Shown piece after piece: positions 10,201 through 19,717 of a stretch of DNA of 64,000 bases. Origin of the DNA: a virus. Both the position numbers and the translations under genes were made by a program. How positions within the stretch are numbered: position 1 is the stretch's first letter; each line of letters opens with the position of its first letter. Location: positions 30,981 to 94,980 of the IMG/VR virus record IMGVR_UViG_3300023296_000646. The stretch is one strand, 5' to 3'. Under the pieces are notes generated by a model. It worked only from the letters and a program-made list of their open reading frames with translations, ran no database searches and had not been told where the DNA came from.

Positions 10201-13200
10201 GATGATGTTGTTGGGACATTTCCGCCAGTTACAGTAATCGCACCCTTCACCGATAAGTTGGAACCATTCCAAATCATATGACCGTTTGATCCTGACAATG
10301 ACATTTTTAATGTTTCACCACTAACTGATCCGGATCCTAAATAAAATCCAGACTGTGCGTAATTTTGGACAGATTGTCCTAACGAAATATATGGACTATC
10401 AATACCACCGTTTAATGCAATGTTAGCCTCACCAGATACTTCGTTTGTACCAATGTTTAAAACCTTTCCAATATATGCGTCCTGTGCAAGTAAAATATCA
10501 GTAGCAACTGCTGCGAAATTTGTAAAAGTTCCCCAATAATCAGTAGTATTAGAACCTGTTGGATGCCCGTTATTTGAGCTAATTGTAGATTTTAAATCTC
10601 CGTCAGATCCAGTATAATAATAATACGTACTACCGTGGGTAACAATATCTCTTCTAACATCGTCGTTTTGAAGTGGCCAATTTGCAAGTAAATCATCATA
10701 GTCACCTATATAAACTACTCCTGGACCCTGACGACCCTGATAGGCCTTTGTCACTGTAAATGAACCCTGAAGTGTCGTTGTATAATCACTATATGCCTTA
10801 GATGCAGTTACAGATACTAATGCAGTTTCTAGTGTGCTAGGTGTAAATGAATCTACTGCTATTGTTTCTTTATCTGTTGCGACTAGAGCTGACATATTTG
10901 CAGAACTACTGGCCCATGTCCATGTAGTATAATCGGTCTCAAGTTCTCCGTCTACATAGAGATATACATCTACAGTATTTGGCAAACCGGATATAACATC
11001 TCCAGTAGGTCCTGCTGGGACTACAAAGCTTTCTGGAGAAAATGATAGACCAAACGCATTACGAGGTTCTGATACTATTGTAAATTGTTCCTTTATTGTA
11101 ATAGATGCGCTAGTGAACGCGATAGTCATATTGCTAGTGCCGCCGCCATCTACATCAATAGATACGTTTGCCCAATCATCGGTTCTAAGACCAGTATTTT
11201 CTGATCCAGTTTGAAGATTCGTTCCGCTAATAGTTATGGGCCAACCTCTAGTCGCAGTTACAGTATCACCTATGTAAAACGATGCAGTAATTCCATTTGT
11301 AACATCGGTAGGTGTATAAACTCCAGTATTAGGGCTGTATTGCCAAACTCTGTTATTATCATCAAGGTTTAATATTCCGCTAGGTGCTGCTATTCCATCT
11401 GTTCCATCAGATACAACATGAAACGTTTCCTCTGTTGTGAGCGAAGTTCCGTATGTAGGATCTACATATGTAAACGTTACACTTAAATCCTTTGTATTTG
11501 CGTATGAATCTTCTGATACTGAATTGCCATCAACATCACTCACAGTGACAGCAATATCAGTAGATCCACCAGGTTCATAACTCCAGCTCATCTGATCAAC
11601 TGTACCTGTCCAATTTGGATCTATTCCTACATATCTACTATACACTACACCCGTTCCGTCGCTCTGGTTCGGTATATAAAAACTACCGGTAATTCCCAAT
11701 GTAGATGGGGTGTACTCATTGCTTCCGCTTCGAATTAACGTGCGACCTGAATCTGTGGAAATATATCCAGCAGGTTTTCCGTCTTGCAAATCTGCAAGGG
11801 TAATTGTATCAGCAACTACTGATCCAGATTTTGCAATAATAGTTAAAGATCCAGTTATTGCAGAACCACTAATTTGTGCGTGATATGGAAGAATTCCAGA
11901 TCCGTTATACGGAGAGCCTGTTGCTGTACCTGCTGAAATACCATTCATCGATCCTACTAATTCTACAGATGCAGAATAGAGTTTTATATCTCCTGAATTT
12001 AAAATATATTCCTGGGATCCTGATACCTTTACTAGTTGAATTTCTAAATTTCCTGCGTTACTTGGATCACCACCGTCTTTGTTTTTTAAGACAGTCCCAA
12101 AGAATGGTCTGATTAAATATGATACAGAATTAGTACCATCAGTAATATCAGATACTGAAATTGTATCTACTACTGCTAGAGCTGATCCAGAATACCATTC
12201 AAATACTTCTAATGAATCAATATCATCTTTAGTAATTCGATATACTGTTCCTCCAGGAAGAGATGCAGTAATATTTGAGTTATCACTCTGTTTACGCAGA
12301 TATGATGTAGAACCAGATATAATATCTGTAACAGATCCACTTGTTGTAGTTTGGGTTTTAAATTCTAAATATGCAGGCTGGTGTAATCCGGAATTTGGAT
12401 TTGTACTGAAATATGTGCCACTTATTGGAAGAATTGTGTGAGCTAACGTGTCTATGCTTCCAGAACCATCTAAACCTTCTACGGTTATGTAGAATGTCTC
12501 TTCTGTGGTCATCGTGTTTGCATATGTAGGATCAGTATACGTAAATGTTAAACTTAAATCAGTAGTAGTTGCATATGCGTCTTCTGAAACAGATCCACCG
12601 TCTAAGTCGTTTCCTATAACCTCAATATCAGAAGTTCCTCCTGTATCATAGCTCCAACTCATTTGATCTGCAGATCCATTCCAATTTGGATCTATGGATA
12701 CATACCTATTATATGTAGTACCTGATCCATCGGATTTGTTTGGTATATAAAAACTACCAGTTAATCCTATTGAATTAATATTATATGTAGATGTATTTGG
12801 ATCTCTCTTAAAAACTCTAGTATTTGCAGTGACATATCCTGCAGGAAGTCCATCTTGTAAATCTGCTAGAGTTATTGAATCCCATAAGATTCCAGATCCA
12901 GTATCCTCTGCAGTCAGTAATAATGATCCAGTAATAGCAGATCCGCTTATTTGTGCATTGTATCTAACATCTGCCAATCTGGTGCCATCACCTATTCCAT
13001 TAAAGCTAGTATTCAGTTCAACACTTGCTGAATATAATCTTACATTTCCAAGGGCTACAGATGAACTTACTAATCTACCATCTACAAACTTTACAATTTC
13101 TATTTCAAGATTTCCTGTGTTATCTGGATCTCCACCATCTTTGTTTTTTAAAACAGTTCCAAATACTGGGCGTATGAACACCTGCTTACCAGATAAGCCG

Positions 13201-16200
13201 TCGGTTGAGGTGTTTATTGACACAGCATCATATTTACCTTCCGAAGATGCAGTAATTTCAACATTCCCAACAGTATATCCATTATCAGATCCTGTGAAAT
13301 TGGCAACAGTCATTGTTCCACCAGAATCAGTTAAATCAGTCATTGTTCCTGGATAAACATCTGCTCCAAATGTAGAGAATAAATAGCATGTATCTGTAAT
13401 AGAATCCCTATTAACCGACGCAGTAAGTGGAAAGTCTGATCTCTGAAGTGTTAATGAACTAGTATTATTTCCATAAAAAGATGATGTGAATGTTTGGTTA
13501 CCAGTTCCACCAACTACGGATCCCACTAACGACGATGTTGTAATATTAGTACCATCGTTTTTCTTGACAGTAAAGTCTCCAGATATAATAGTACCAGATA
13601 AACTTTCTTGCTGTATAGTAAAGGTGACAGTGTCCGATGTTGGAATTGTAGACCCAGATTCTTGATATTCAATTGGACTAGGAGACGCAAACATTATTAG
13701 CTTTTCAGATCCACCTGATTTGTCCTTAGATACTGTGAACGTGTGCTCATACAGCATATCCGCTATGCTAGCGCTTAGAGTTACTGTTCCACTATCAGTA
13801 TCATCATGAAGAGATGCAGTATACAATCCAGTTGAATCTATACTAGCTGTTACTCCGGCAGATGAACCAGATAATGTAAATGTTGTCCCAGATGATACGT
13901 TATCATTTGCGCTAAAGACAAAGAAACTTCCAGTAGTTCCTAGATAGTTACCACCTGTGCCATTTGCTTCAGTTGCCACGCTATGGGTAGCATTTGAAAG
14001 AAATGTTACATATGACGATGTTTCGTATGATGCAGATGGGATTAAAGAACCAGAATCATCGAACGCCTGAGATGCATAAGTTATTGATCCTGTTACTAAA
14101 CCTCTAGTAGACGTAGTAAATGTTATAGCCTGGGCTATTGGATTTGCAGTCAATACGAAACTACCTGAAATATCTGGCGTATTGAATGTAAAGCTAGGTC
14201 TGTTTGCGCTAAAGTTTACCGATTTTCCAAACAGACTACCACCATAGAAACTTTGCTTATCTGATACTACAGTTATGTCGATTAGGTTAGAGTTGACATC
14301 AAAAAATTCTGATTTGAATTCATACGTTTGGTCATTTATCGTAGTCGGTATTTGAATCGTTGTTACAAATTGATTTGGACTAAAATTGGTTTCATGATAT
14401 TCCTTTAGACTAACATCACCTATGTACCATTCTGCACCTCTTATTACAAAATTAAGTACCCCAGTTCCATTATATGTTGGTTCAAAGTTTTCAGAAAAAT
14501 CTAATGTAGTTCTAACACCACCAACCTTTACGGATCCTATAAGTTGACCATACGAATGATTGTCATCTATTATTCCCAATGATCCTGTAGTATTGTTAAA
14601 TGATGAACCGCTAAGAAATACTTCCAATGATCCTTCACCCAATCCTATTGTGGAAAACGATACATTATATTCTGATCCTGTTACGTATGGTGTTTCAACT
14701 GAATTGTTAAATCCATATTCGTTTTTTACAGATGAACTATATGCATATGTACTTCCAGTATATTGACTAGTGCCTGCTAAGGAACTAGATACTTCTGCTA
14801 ATATGAATATTGTATTATCAGATCCATTATTGGCAATAAAGCTTGGGGTTGAAATTTCAGTAGATGCAGATACATAAAAGCTTTGTGTAGCGCCAGAAGA
14901 TATAGATTCGCTTTCGTAATAAACAGATCCAGTAAATGTACCAGTTCCTGCGTGTGATCTAGATTCATACGTTAAAATTTGAGTTAAAAATTCTGATGCC
15001 GATGATGTTGTGAACGTATAAGTAGCAGGAAATGTTGTTGATCCTGAAGTAAATTCTTTAACGGTTGCAGATGATGTTAGATGTACAGACTGGAATAATG
15101 TTGAATCATTATTTGATGCAGTTATAAAAAATGAAGACGTATTCCAATAGCTATCAATTGTTGCCTGAGTTCTAAATGTCCCAGTTCTGTATTCTGTGCC
15201 AGTTTTAGAATCGTCCTTTAATTCTTCCCTAGCTTCAATTACTTGATCTTGGACTAATTCGTAATCAGTTTCAACTGTACTGCCTATTGGTCTTCTATAT
15301 AGTTTAATCCTATGAACATCACCAGAAAATGTTTCTAAGTTTGTAATAGTAACCGTTGCAAATGATGCAGTACCGTCGTTTGATGGATCTGTTTCAAATG
15401 ATTCTGATGTATACGCAGAAATGAAACTGACATCGCTAAAATCTGCAATGACTTCTTTGTATGAGCTGGCGTGTATAGAATTGGACGATGTAATAAAATA
15501 CGGAGTGGTTGCTAACGCCTCAGTATCACTTAGTATCTTTTTTAACTTAGTCGTGTACGTTTGATTTAGTGACGATACCGTTATTATGCCCTCGCTAGGA
15601 ACCATTAGTTCGCTAAATGTAGATCCAGATATTGTTAATTTATATTCAGTATTACCGTTGAATCTACTCCAATCATGTCCTGCCTTTGGAAATCCTGCAG
15701 ATCCACTTAAACTACCAGAATTTTGAATTATTGTTGGAACTCTCTTTTTGAGATTAACAATGTTTTCTGTGACTGAAATTATTGGTCTAGAAGTAAATCT
15801 TACCCTAGTTTCGTTTGGTAATGATTTGTTAATGAATATTGGATATTCCCACCTAACATTATAATTGTCTTTCCATTCGTCAGGAATATCTATCAAATCT
15901 CCAGATTCATTTCTATACTTTCTAAGCTCACCTAGAATTGTAATTTTACCTTGACCAATTGGAGTATCGTCATATACCCACACAGAAACTACCTTAGATC
16001 TTCCTTCGTAATATTGTGGCCGTCCTTGGGCCACTTCATAGTAAACTGGGTTTCCATCAACATCTGTAATTTCAACCTTAACGGTAGTTCCTAATTCTAA
16101 TTCACGTGTTCCTGTAATTAGAAATCCGTTCTTTCCACCAGTCAGAGTTTGAGGTAGATCCGTTACTGCAAAATATCTAGAACCAACACTCCTGTCTTCT

Positions 16201-16259
16201 TTAAAGACTACGTATTGATCTAAATTTTGCTTTTCTACTATTCTCTTAATTCTTGGCAT
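7233..16259 (-). CDS. Giant (3008 aa) Ser/Thr/Gly-rich tail fibre / tail-associated structural protein
   Basis: Beta-rich low-complexity repeats, internal domain duplication, coiled-coil-like repeats, C-terminal FMIDHP...LWHSFVESP motif seen in fibre C-terminal domains; preceded by late-promoter-like motif. Confidence 0.8.
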   Translation of the reverse strand: MPRIKRIVEKQNLDQYVVFKEDRSVGSRYFAVTDLPQTLTGGKNGFLITGTRELELGTTVKVEITDVDGNPVYYEVAQGRPQYYEGRSKVVSVWVYDDTPIGQGKITILGELRKYRNESGDLIDIPDEWKDNYNVRWEYPIFINKSLPNETRVRFTSRPIISVTENIVNLKKRVPTIIQNSGSLSGSAGFPKAGHDWSRFNGNTEYKLTISGSTFSELMVPSEGIITVSSLNQTYTTKLKKILSDTEALATTPYFITSSNSIHASSYKEVIADFSDVSFISAYTSESFETDPSNDGTASFATVTITNLETFSGDVHRIKLYRRPIGSTVETDYELVQDQVIEAREELKDDSKTGTEYRTGTFRTQATIDSYWNTSSFFITASNNDSTLFQSVHLTSSATVKEFTSGSTTFPATYTFTTSSASEFLTQILTYESRSHAGTGTFTGSVYYESESISSGATQSFYVSASTEISTPSFIANNGSDNTIFILAEVSSSLAGTSQYTGSTYAYSSSVKNEYGFNNSVETPYVTGSEYNVSFSTIGLGEGSLEVFLSGSSFNNTTGSLGIIDDNHSYGQLIGSVKVGGVRTTLDFSENFEPTYNGTGVLNFVIRGAEWYIGDVSLKEYHETNFSPNQFVTTIQIPTTINDQTYEFKSEFFDVNSNLIDITVVSDKQSFYGGSLFGKSVNFSANRPSFTFNTPDISGSFVLTANPIAQAITFTTSTRGLVTGSITYASQAFDDSGSLIPSASYETSSYVTFLSNATHSVATEANGTGGNYLGTTGSFFVFSANDNVSSGTTFTLSGSSAGVTASIDSTGLYTASLHDDTDSGTVTLSASIADMLYEHTFTVSKDKSGGSEKLIMFASPSPIEYQESGSTIPTSDTVTFTIQQESLSGTIISGDFTVKKNDGTNITTSSLVGSVVGGTGNQTFTSSFYGNNTSSLTLQRSDFPLTASVNRDSITDTCYLFSTFGADVYPGTMTDLTDSGGTMTVANFTGSDNGYTVGNVEITASSEGKYDAVSINTSTDGLSGKQVFIRPVFGTVLKNKDGGDPDNTGNLEIEIVKFVDGRLVSSSVALGNVRLYSASVELNTSFNGIGDGTRLADVRYNAQISGSAITGSLLLTAEDTGSGILWDSITLADLQDGLPAGYVTANTRVFKRDPNTSTYNINSIGLTGSFYIPNKSDGSGTTYNRYVSIDPNWNGSADQMSWSYDTGGTSDIEVIGNDLDGGSVSEDAYATTTDLSLTFTYTDPTYANTMTTEETFYITVEGLDGSGSIDTLAHTILPISGTYFSTNPNSGLHQPAYLEFKTQTTTSGSVTDIISGSTSYLRKQSDNSNITASLPGGTVYRITKDDIDSLEVFEWYSGSALAVVDTISVSDITDGTNSVSYLIRPFFGTVLKNKDGGDPSNAGNLEIQLVKVSGSQEYILNSGDIKLYSASVELVGSMNGISAGTATGSPYNGSGILPYHAQISGSAITGSLTIIAKSGSVVADTITLADLQDGKPAGYISTDSGRTLIRSGSNEYTPSTLGITGSFYIPNQSDGTGVVYSRYVGIDPNWTGTVDQMSWSYEPGGSTDIAVTVSDVDGNSVSEDSYANTKDLSVTFTYVDPTYGTSLTTEETFHVVSDGTDGIAAPSGILNLDDNNRVWQYSPNTGVYTPTDVTNGITASFYIGDTVTATRGWPITISGTNLQTGSENTGLRTDDWANVSIDVDGGGTSNMTIAFTSASITIKEQFTIVSEPRNAFGLSFSPESFVVPAGPTGDVISGLPNTVDVYLYVDGELETDYTTWTWASSSANMSALVATDKETIAVDSFTPSTLETALVSVTASKAYSDYTTTLQGSFTVTKAYQGRQGPGVVYIGDYDDLLANWPLQNDDVRRDIVTHGSTYYYYTGSDGDLKSTISSNNGHPTGSNTTDYWGTFTNFAAVATDILLAQDAYIGKVLNIGTNEVSGEANIALNGGIDSPYISLGQSVQNYAQSGFYLGSGSVSGETLKMSLSGSNGHMIWNGSNLSVKGAITVTGGNVPTTSSISGAFDTVSQSFATSITDQGISITNSYASSSAYSQSFSTDITAQGISITDSFASSSGYSQSFQADLTAQGLTLTSVSQSNEGYSQSFQTDITAQGISITNSYASSSAYSSSAATSITAQGITITANANNVSGAFDGTSSSLATSITAQGISITNSYASSSAYSQSLSTDITAQGISITDSFASSSGYSSSFSTDITAQGISITNSYASSSAYSSSAATSITAQGISITDSFASSSAYSSSAATTVTAQGISITLNETGITDSYASSSLYSSSLADNITSGSNNVSGAFDAVSGSLAGGITDSYASSSLYSSSLADNITSGSNNVSGAFDEVSGSLADDVTNSYASSSAYSSSLAGDLTSASLSIFTTNQGFVWRDAAPTGTGLSLTATELGFHVGSTWTTYMNNDGNFYLNGTGGSGNGLSWNSGTNVLAVSGTIYAIGGTIGGVAVYNDSIQAPNFSLDSSGSLVAKNASFTGFVSASSGEVGGFTLSGTALTSVGGKITLDGSNDSISVRDSNGAARFLANTALTLPDPTAGETLTETSTTTTHAVSWANTGISSSIYVHPVTFSPAPTLTGTYTVSATLGAHASRTVYCGDSAFDGNGIASATVKLQIFNGTTLIAESGTRTITSYSVDQGWNTTVSWTSHKFTVDADLTSGITTYTAQWHIEESGGWFSAKPLSTVPDSSFNLAGETISATLELAKTTINGGGFQAVAAADAYLRVQDSTPAVLVVGQLSVTGSQEISTDLTVGGLTTTDHLTVGSGHSFGASTSNKIVARGSITSEESINALVNGSNNVLAQFLLRDSEGTSNSTGLAIAAVSGSGLAANKVYIAPVYSGSLNFGSEIYYDWTNVRWVVEPSLHVAGTLSKTAGSFMIDHPDPEKTDTHTLWHSFVESPTAGDNIYRFTVDVYDGSGWTLIPDYFHYLNTDVQIWVNAVDHFGRAYGKITPDKNAVRVYADTDGEYNVLVIATRKDEAAIKYWNGVEREKIIE
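9185..9430 (-). repeat. Near-identical 120-bp (40-aa) tandem duplication
   Basis: CCAGAAACATTATTTGAACCCGAAGTGATATTATCTGCGAGTGATGA occurs at about 9223 and about 9343. Confidence 0.9.
9430..10170 (-). repeat. About 10 tandem 75-bp (25-aa) coding repeats, consensus ITAQGISITNSYASSSAYSSSAATS
   Basis: GAAATTCCTTGAGC recurs at about 9523, 9598, 9673 and 9748 (75-bp spacing); 10 QG[IL] units in the protein. Confidence 0.9.
11400..13180 (-). repeat. Diverged internal domain duplication in the giant fibre, 1062-bp (354-aa) offset
   Basis: VLKNKDGGDP.N.GNLEI, LYSASVEL, AQISGSAITGSL, ITLADLQDG.PAGY, IDPNW.G..DQMSWSY each occur twice (e.g. 13129 vs 12067). Confidence 0.88.
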
Positions 16260-16264
16260 ATAAA

Positions 16265-16305
16265 AACTCCGGACTGTTACAGTTAAATATGCACAGCTCG
16301 GAGTT
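16265..16305. promoter_or_regulatory. Inverted repeat enclosing the promoter-like motif of the fibre gene (operator or terminator)
   Basis: AACTCCG-GA-CTGT ... ACAG-CT-CGGAGTT flanking TTAAATAT, with A/T runs on both sides. Confidence 0.5.
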
Positions 16306-16371
16306 ATTATTTTTGAGTATTTTAATAAATTTTACATTATTTCAATACTTATAAGAAATAGGTTATTACAT

Positions 16372-16545
16372 ATGTCTAGAAATACAGATTACAAAATGCT
16401 TCAGATACCACTAGAAGCACATTCAGTTCTAAAACGATATTGTTCAGAAAACGACTACAAAATGGGAAAGTTTGTTGGTAAACTAATTGTTAGGGAATTG
16501 GGAAAATTAAAGCCAGATGGAAAGATGTTACCTACGGGTAATTGA
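16372..16545 (+). CDS. Small ribbon-helix-helix-like DNA-binding protein (57 aa), the only convincing plus-strand gene
   Basis: Below ORF-track cutoff. MSRNTDYKMLQIPLEAHSVLKRYCSENDYKMGKFVGKLIVRELGKLKPDGKMLPTGN: strand-helix-helix pattern; preceded by ATACTTATA at 16345. Confidence 0.7.
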   Translation: MSRNTDYKMLQIPLEAHSVLKRYCSENDYKMGKFVGKLIVRELGKLKPDGKMLPTGN

Positions 16546-19500
16546 TGTAACTAAATCCATCTTCCTTTTTTATCTCAATTAATTTATCTACCACATCTCT
16601 CATAACATCTAAGTGGGATATTACGATTACAAATTCGAACTGACTTCTTAGATATTCAAACATCGTAAACATTGATGTAAGATTTTCTGAATCTAAATTT
16701 CCAAATCCTTCATCAACTACTAGGAAGTTTGACCTAGGTAAGCTACACACATTCATTGTAGCCACTCTCATACACAAATCAATAATGAACTGTTCCATTC
16801 CACTAGATAGTTCCACTAGCCAACTTGATCCATCTTCATTGATTTTACCAACAATATCCTTTCCGTCAACCTCTAATGATATTGTAAATTCTTGGGTTTG
16901 TCCTAATATGTTGTTTACTTCGTTTTCAATTGCAGGAAGAGTTTTAGCAATCAGCTCAGATGGAATTCCGTCTCGCTTAGTTGCAGTTAAATAATATTCG
17001 TAAACTGCATATTCATTTTCTAATTCTCTAAGCTGCTCAATTTGTTCTAACGTAGATTCAATTCTAGTTTCTAATGCTCGCAGATTACCAATTGCAGAAG
17101 TGTGAACTCTATATTTAGAATCATATGTTTCAGATAATGCTGAAAGTTCTTTGTTCAATAACGAAAGTTCAAGTTCAATTTTTGTATTTTTATCAATTTG
17201 ATCTTTATTATCCTTGAATCTTTGTATGTTTTCAGCTATAGGTAATAATCTATTTTGTCTATTTTGAATTTCACCACTTAGTCTAGCAACCCTATTTTCT
17301 GATTCTGATTTCGCTAATTCTAGTTTTGATACTTCACGAACTAATCTAATTGCGTTTGTGTACTCTACATAAATTGTGTTATCAACATTCAATTCTGACA
17401 TTTCCTTATTGATAATTCTAGCAGATTCAATTAGCGACTTCATATTTGATTTGTCGTTAGATATTTCTTCCTCTAATTGAGATACTAATTTAATATGACC
17501 TTTTGCGTTGAAAACGCAAAATCCACAATCTTCATCATAGTCGTATTCATCCTTTACTGAAGACAATCTTGCCTTTTTAGAAATGATAGCAGTTTTTAAT
17601 TCAACTGCCTTTCCCTTTATTGTTCTAACCTTAGTTGATAATTCCTCATTTCTATCATGTCTAAACGTAATTTCATCTACATCAACTTTATCTAATTTTT
17701 TAGATTTCCTTTTGAATTGTTTTGTATGTTCAGATAGTTTAGAATTTAATCCTTCTAAATCTATTTCAAGTTTAGATATTTCATATTCAAATGTAGCTAG
17801 CGTATCTTCTAATTTTTCTAAATCATTTCCATGTACATCTACCTTTACCATTGATGCTTCCTTAGTAGAAATTTTATCTCTAAGTTTTATGACATCCTTT
17901 TCAATTGCTTTAACTTCTACCTTAGTGGTATCAAACTCTGATTGAACACCGTCTAACTCTTCATCCAACTCAGTTAAAATTTCATCATGATCTACCTTCT
18001 TAAGCAATTTTACTTGAGCAGCTCGTTCTTTAGTATCTGTAGAAGCTAATTTATTAAGTCTATCATAAATGCCAATTCCCATAAACTGAGACAAGAGATC
18101 TTTACGCTGAGACTGTTTCTTTTTAATAAATGTAGAATTATTACCCTGAAGTGATATTGTTGTTGCTATGAAATCATCATACGTTCCAATATGGTTTCGT
18201 ATGTTAGCATTGGTACCATTTCTATCAGCTCCATTTAGAGGAATTCTAACCCCATCTTCCAACTTATAAAAACTCACAGGAACCCGTAACGATTTTGCAC
18301 CTTGAGTTGCTACCCTTTCAATAACATATTCAGTATCTGCAATTTGAAATTTAAATTCACATTCAAATCCATCAGATTTTCTGTTTTTAATATGATCTGC
18401 TTTAAATGTCTTAGATGATTTATCAAACAGACAAAATAACATCACATCCAATACAGATGATTTACCACTTCTATTTGGCGCAAACAGTCCATATAATCCA
18501 GCTAAATCCGTAAACTCTAATGAATTTCCAAGACCATATGAAAACATATTATCGAATTTTAACGATATCGGTTTCCATACAACATTTCGAATAATCTCTT
18601 CTTCTGAAAGTCTACTATTTAAATCTGCGTTAATTTTAGCAATCTCAGAAACGGTATCCATATCTAATGAAAATTTTCTATCCAAATAATCTTTTAGTAA
18701 CTCTAGCTGATATTCCACGTTAGTAACATCTCCGAATGTCAATGTGTTATCAGTTTTACCGTCTCTAGAAAATACGTCTAGCCTATTTATCGTATATGAC
18801 TTTATGTTATGCTTCTTTCGAAATTCAACTAACGCTAATTTTAAATCTGCAGATGTTGTGTTTTGAACTTGAATCCTAAGTCTAGGATTCTTAGGCATAT
18901 CGTCTACATTTGGAATTACACCATTATTAATTTCTAACGTATAATACCCATAGTCGTTTACAATATCTTGAAAATCTGCATCTTCTAATTTGCCATCTGT
19001 AAAGTTCCATTGCATAAATCCATGGCCATCTAATGCCTCACCATGATTTTGCTGAACTAGAGATCCTGCATATGCAATTAGTGGGTTATCTGATTCTGGA
19101 ATAATTTGACGCTTATGAATATCTCCACATAAAACTAGTGGACATCCTTCAAATGTTTCCGGAGTTGTATCCGTATCATATAATACGAATCCGGTATCCG
19201 TTTCAGATGCATCTACTGGACCATGAAATAATCCTATATTATATCTACCGTCGTCTGGGGGCGTTGGCCAATCCTTTGGATCTTCAAAAATGCCATAATG
19301 AACCAAATTGATATCTGCTAACCTATATACTCCTGAATCCTTCAAATAATGAATATTTGGATTATTCATGTTATCAATTATGGGAGATAGCGCATCTAGT
19401 CGATTGGCGTTATTTTGATTGCAATCATGGTTGCCTGGTATTAATACAGTTGGGTATCTACTTGAACATTCAGATAAAAAATTAGAGATCATCTGGATCA

Positions 19501-19717
19501 ATTCTGGTGACATCTCAGTTTTTGCGTGAGCAATATCACCAGCTATATAAATAATTGACTTTTTAGACGCCCGTTCTGGCTGATCAATCTCTTCTAGAAA
19601 GTTTTTAAATACTTGCCTATATTCTTCATGTCTCTTAACATTTCGAATATGTAAATCTGCTATGTGAAAAATTCTGTGTAGTTTCTTAAATCCTACATCA
19701 ATGGTTTCATAATTCAT
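16532..19717 (-). CDS. Fused Mre11/SbcD nuclease and Rad50/SbcC ATPase (T4 gp47-gp46-like)
   Basis: HIADLH, AGDIAH, PGNHD, GDIHK phosphoesterase motifs; Walker A APNRSGKSS, CGFC zinc hook, LSSGME signature, LVVDEGFGNLD Walker B/D-loop, VISH. Confidence 0.93.
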   Translation of the reverse strand: MNYETIDVGFKKLHRIFHIADLHIRNVKRHEEYRQVFKNFLEEIDQPERASKKSIIYIAGDIAHAKTEMSPELIQMISNFLSECSSRYPTVLIPGNHDCNQNNANRLDALSPIIDNMNNPNIHYLKDSGVYRLADINLVHYGIFEDPKDWPTPPDDGRYNIGLFHGPVDASETDTGFVLYDTDTTPETFEGCPLVLCGDIHKRQIIPESDNPLIAYAGSLVQQNHGEALDGHGFMQWNFTDGKLEDADFQDIVNDYGYYTLEINNGVIPNVDDMPKNPRLRIQVQNTTSADLKLALVEFRKKHNIKSYTINRLDVFSRDGKTDNTLTFGDVTNVEYQLELLKDYLDRKFSLDMDTVSEIAKINADLNSRLSEEEIIRNVVWKPISLKFDNMFSYGLGNSLEFTDLAGLYGLFAPNRSGKSSVLDVMLFCLFDKSSKTFKADHIKNRKSDGFECEFKFQIADTEYVIERVATQGAKSLRVPVSFYKLEDGVRIPLNGADRNGTNANIRNHIGTYDDFIATTISLQGNNSTFIKKKQSQRKDLLSQFMGIGIYDRLNKLASTDTKERAAQVKLLKKVDHDEILTELDEELDGVQSEFDTTKVEVKAIEKDVIKLRDKISTKEASMVKVDVHGNDLEKLEDTLATFEYEISKLEIDLEGLNSKLSEHTKQFKRKSKKLDKVDVDEITFRHDRNEELSTKVRTIKGKAVELKTAIISKKARLSSVKDEYDYDEDCGFCVFNAKGHIKLVSQLEEEISNDKSNMKSLIESARIINKEMSELNVDNTIYVEYTNAIRLVREVSKLELAKSESENRVARLSGEIQNRQNRLLPIAENIQRFKDNKDQIDKNTKIELELSLLNKELSALSETYDSKYRVHTSAIGNLRALETRIESTLEQIEQLRELENEYAVYEYYLTATKRDGIPSELIAKTLPAIENEVNNILGQTQEFTISLEVDGKDIVGKINEDGSSWLVELSSGMEQFIIDLCMRVATMNVCSLPRSNFLVVDEGFGNLDSENLTSMFTMFEYLRSQFEFVIVISHLDVMRDVVDKLIEIKKEDGFSYINYP

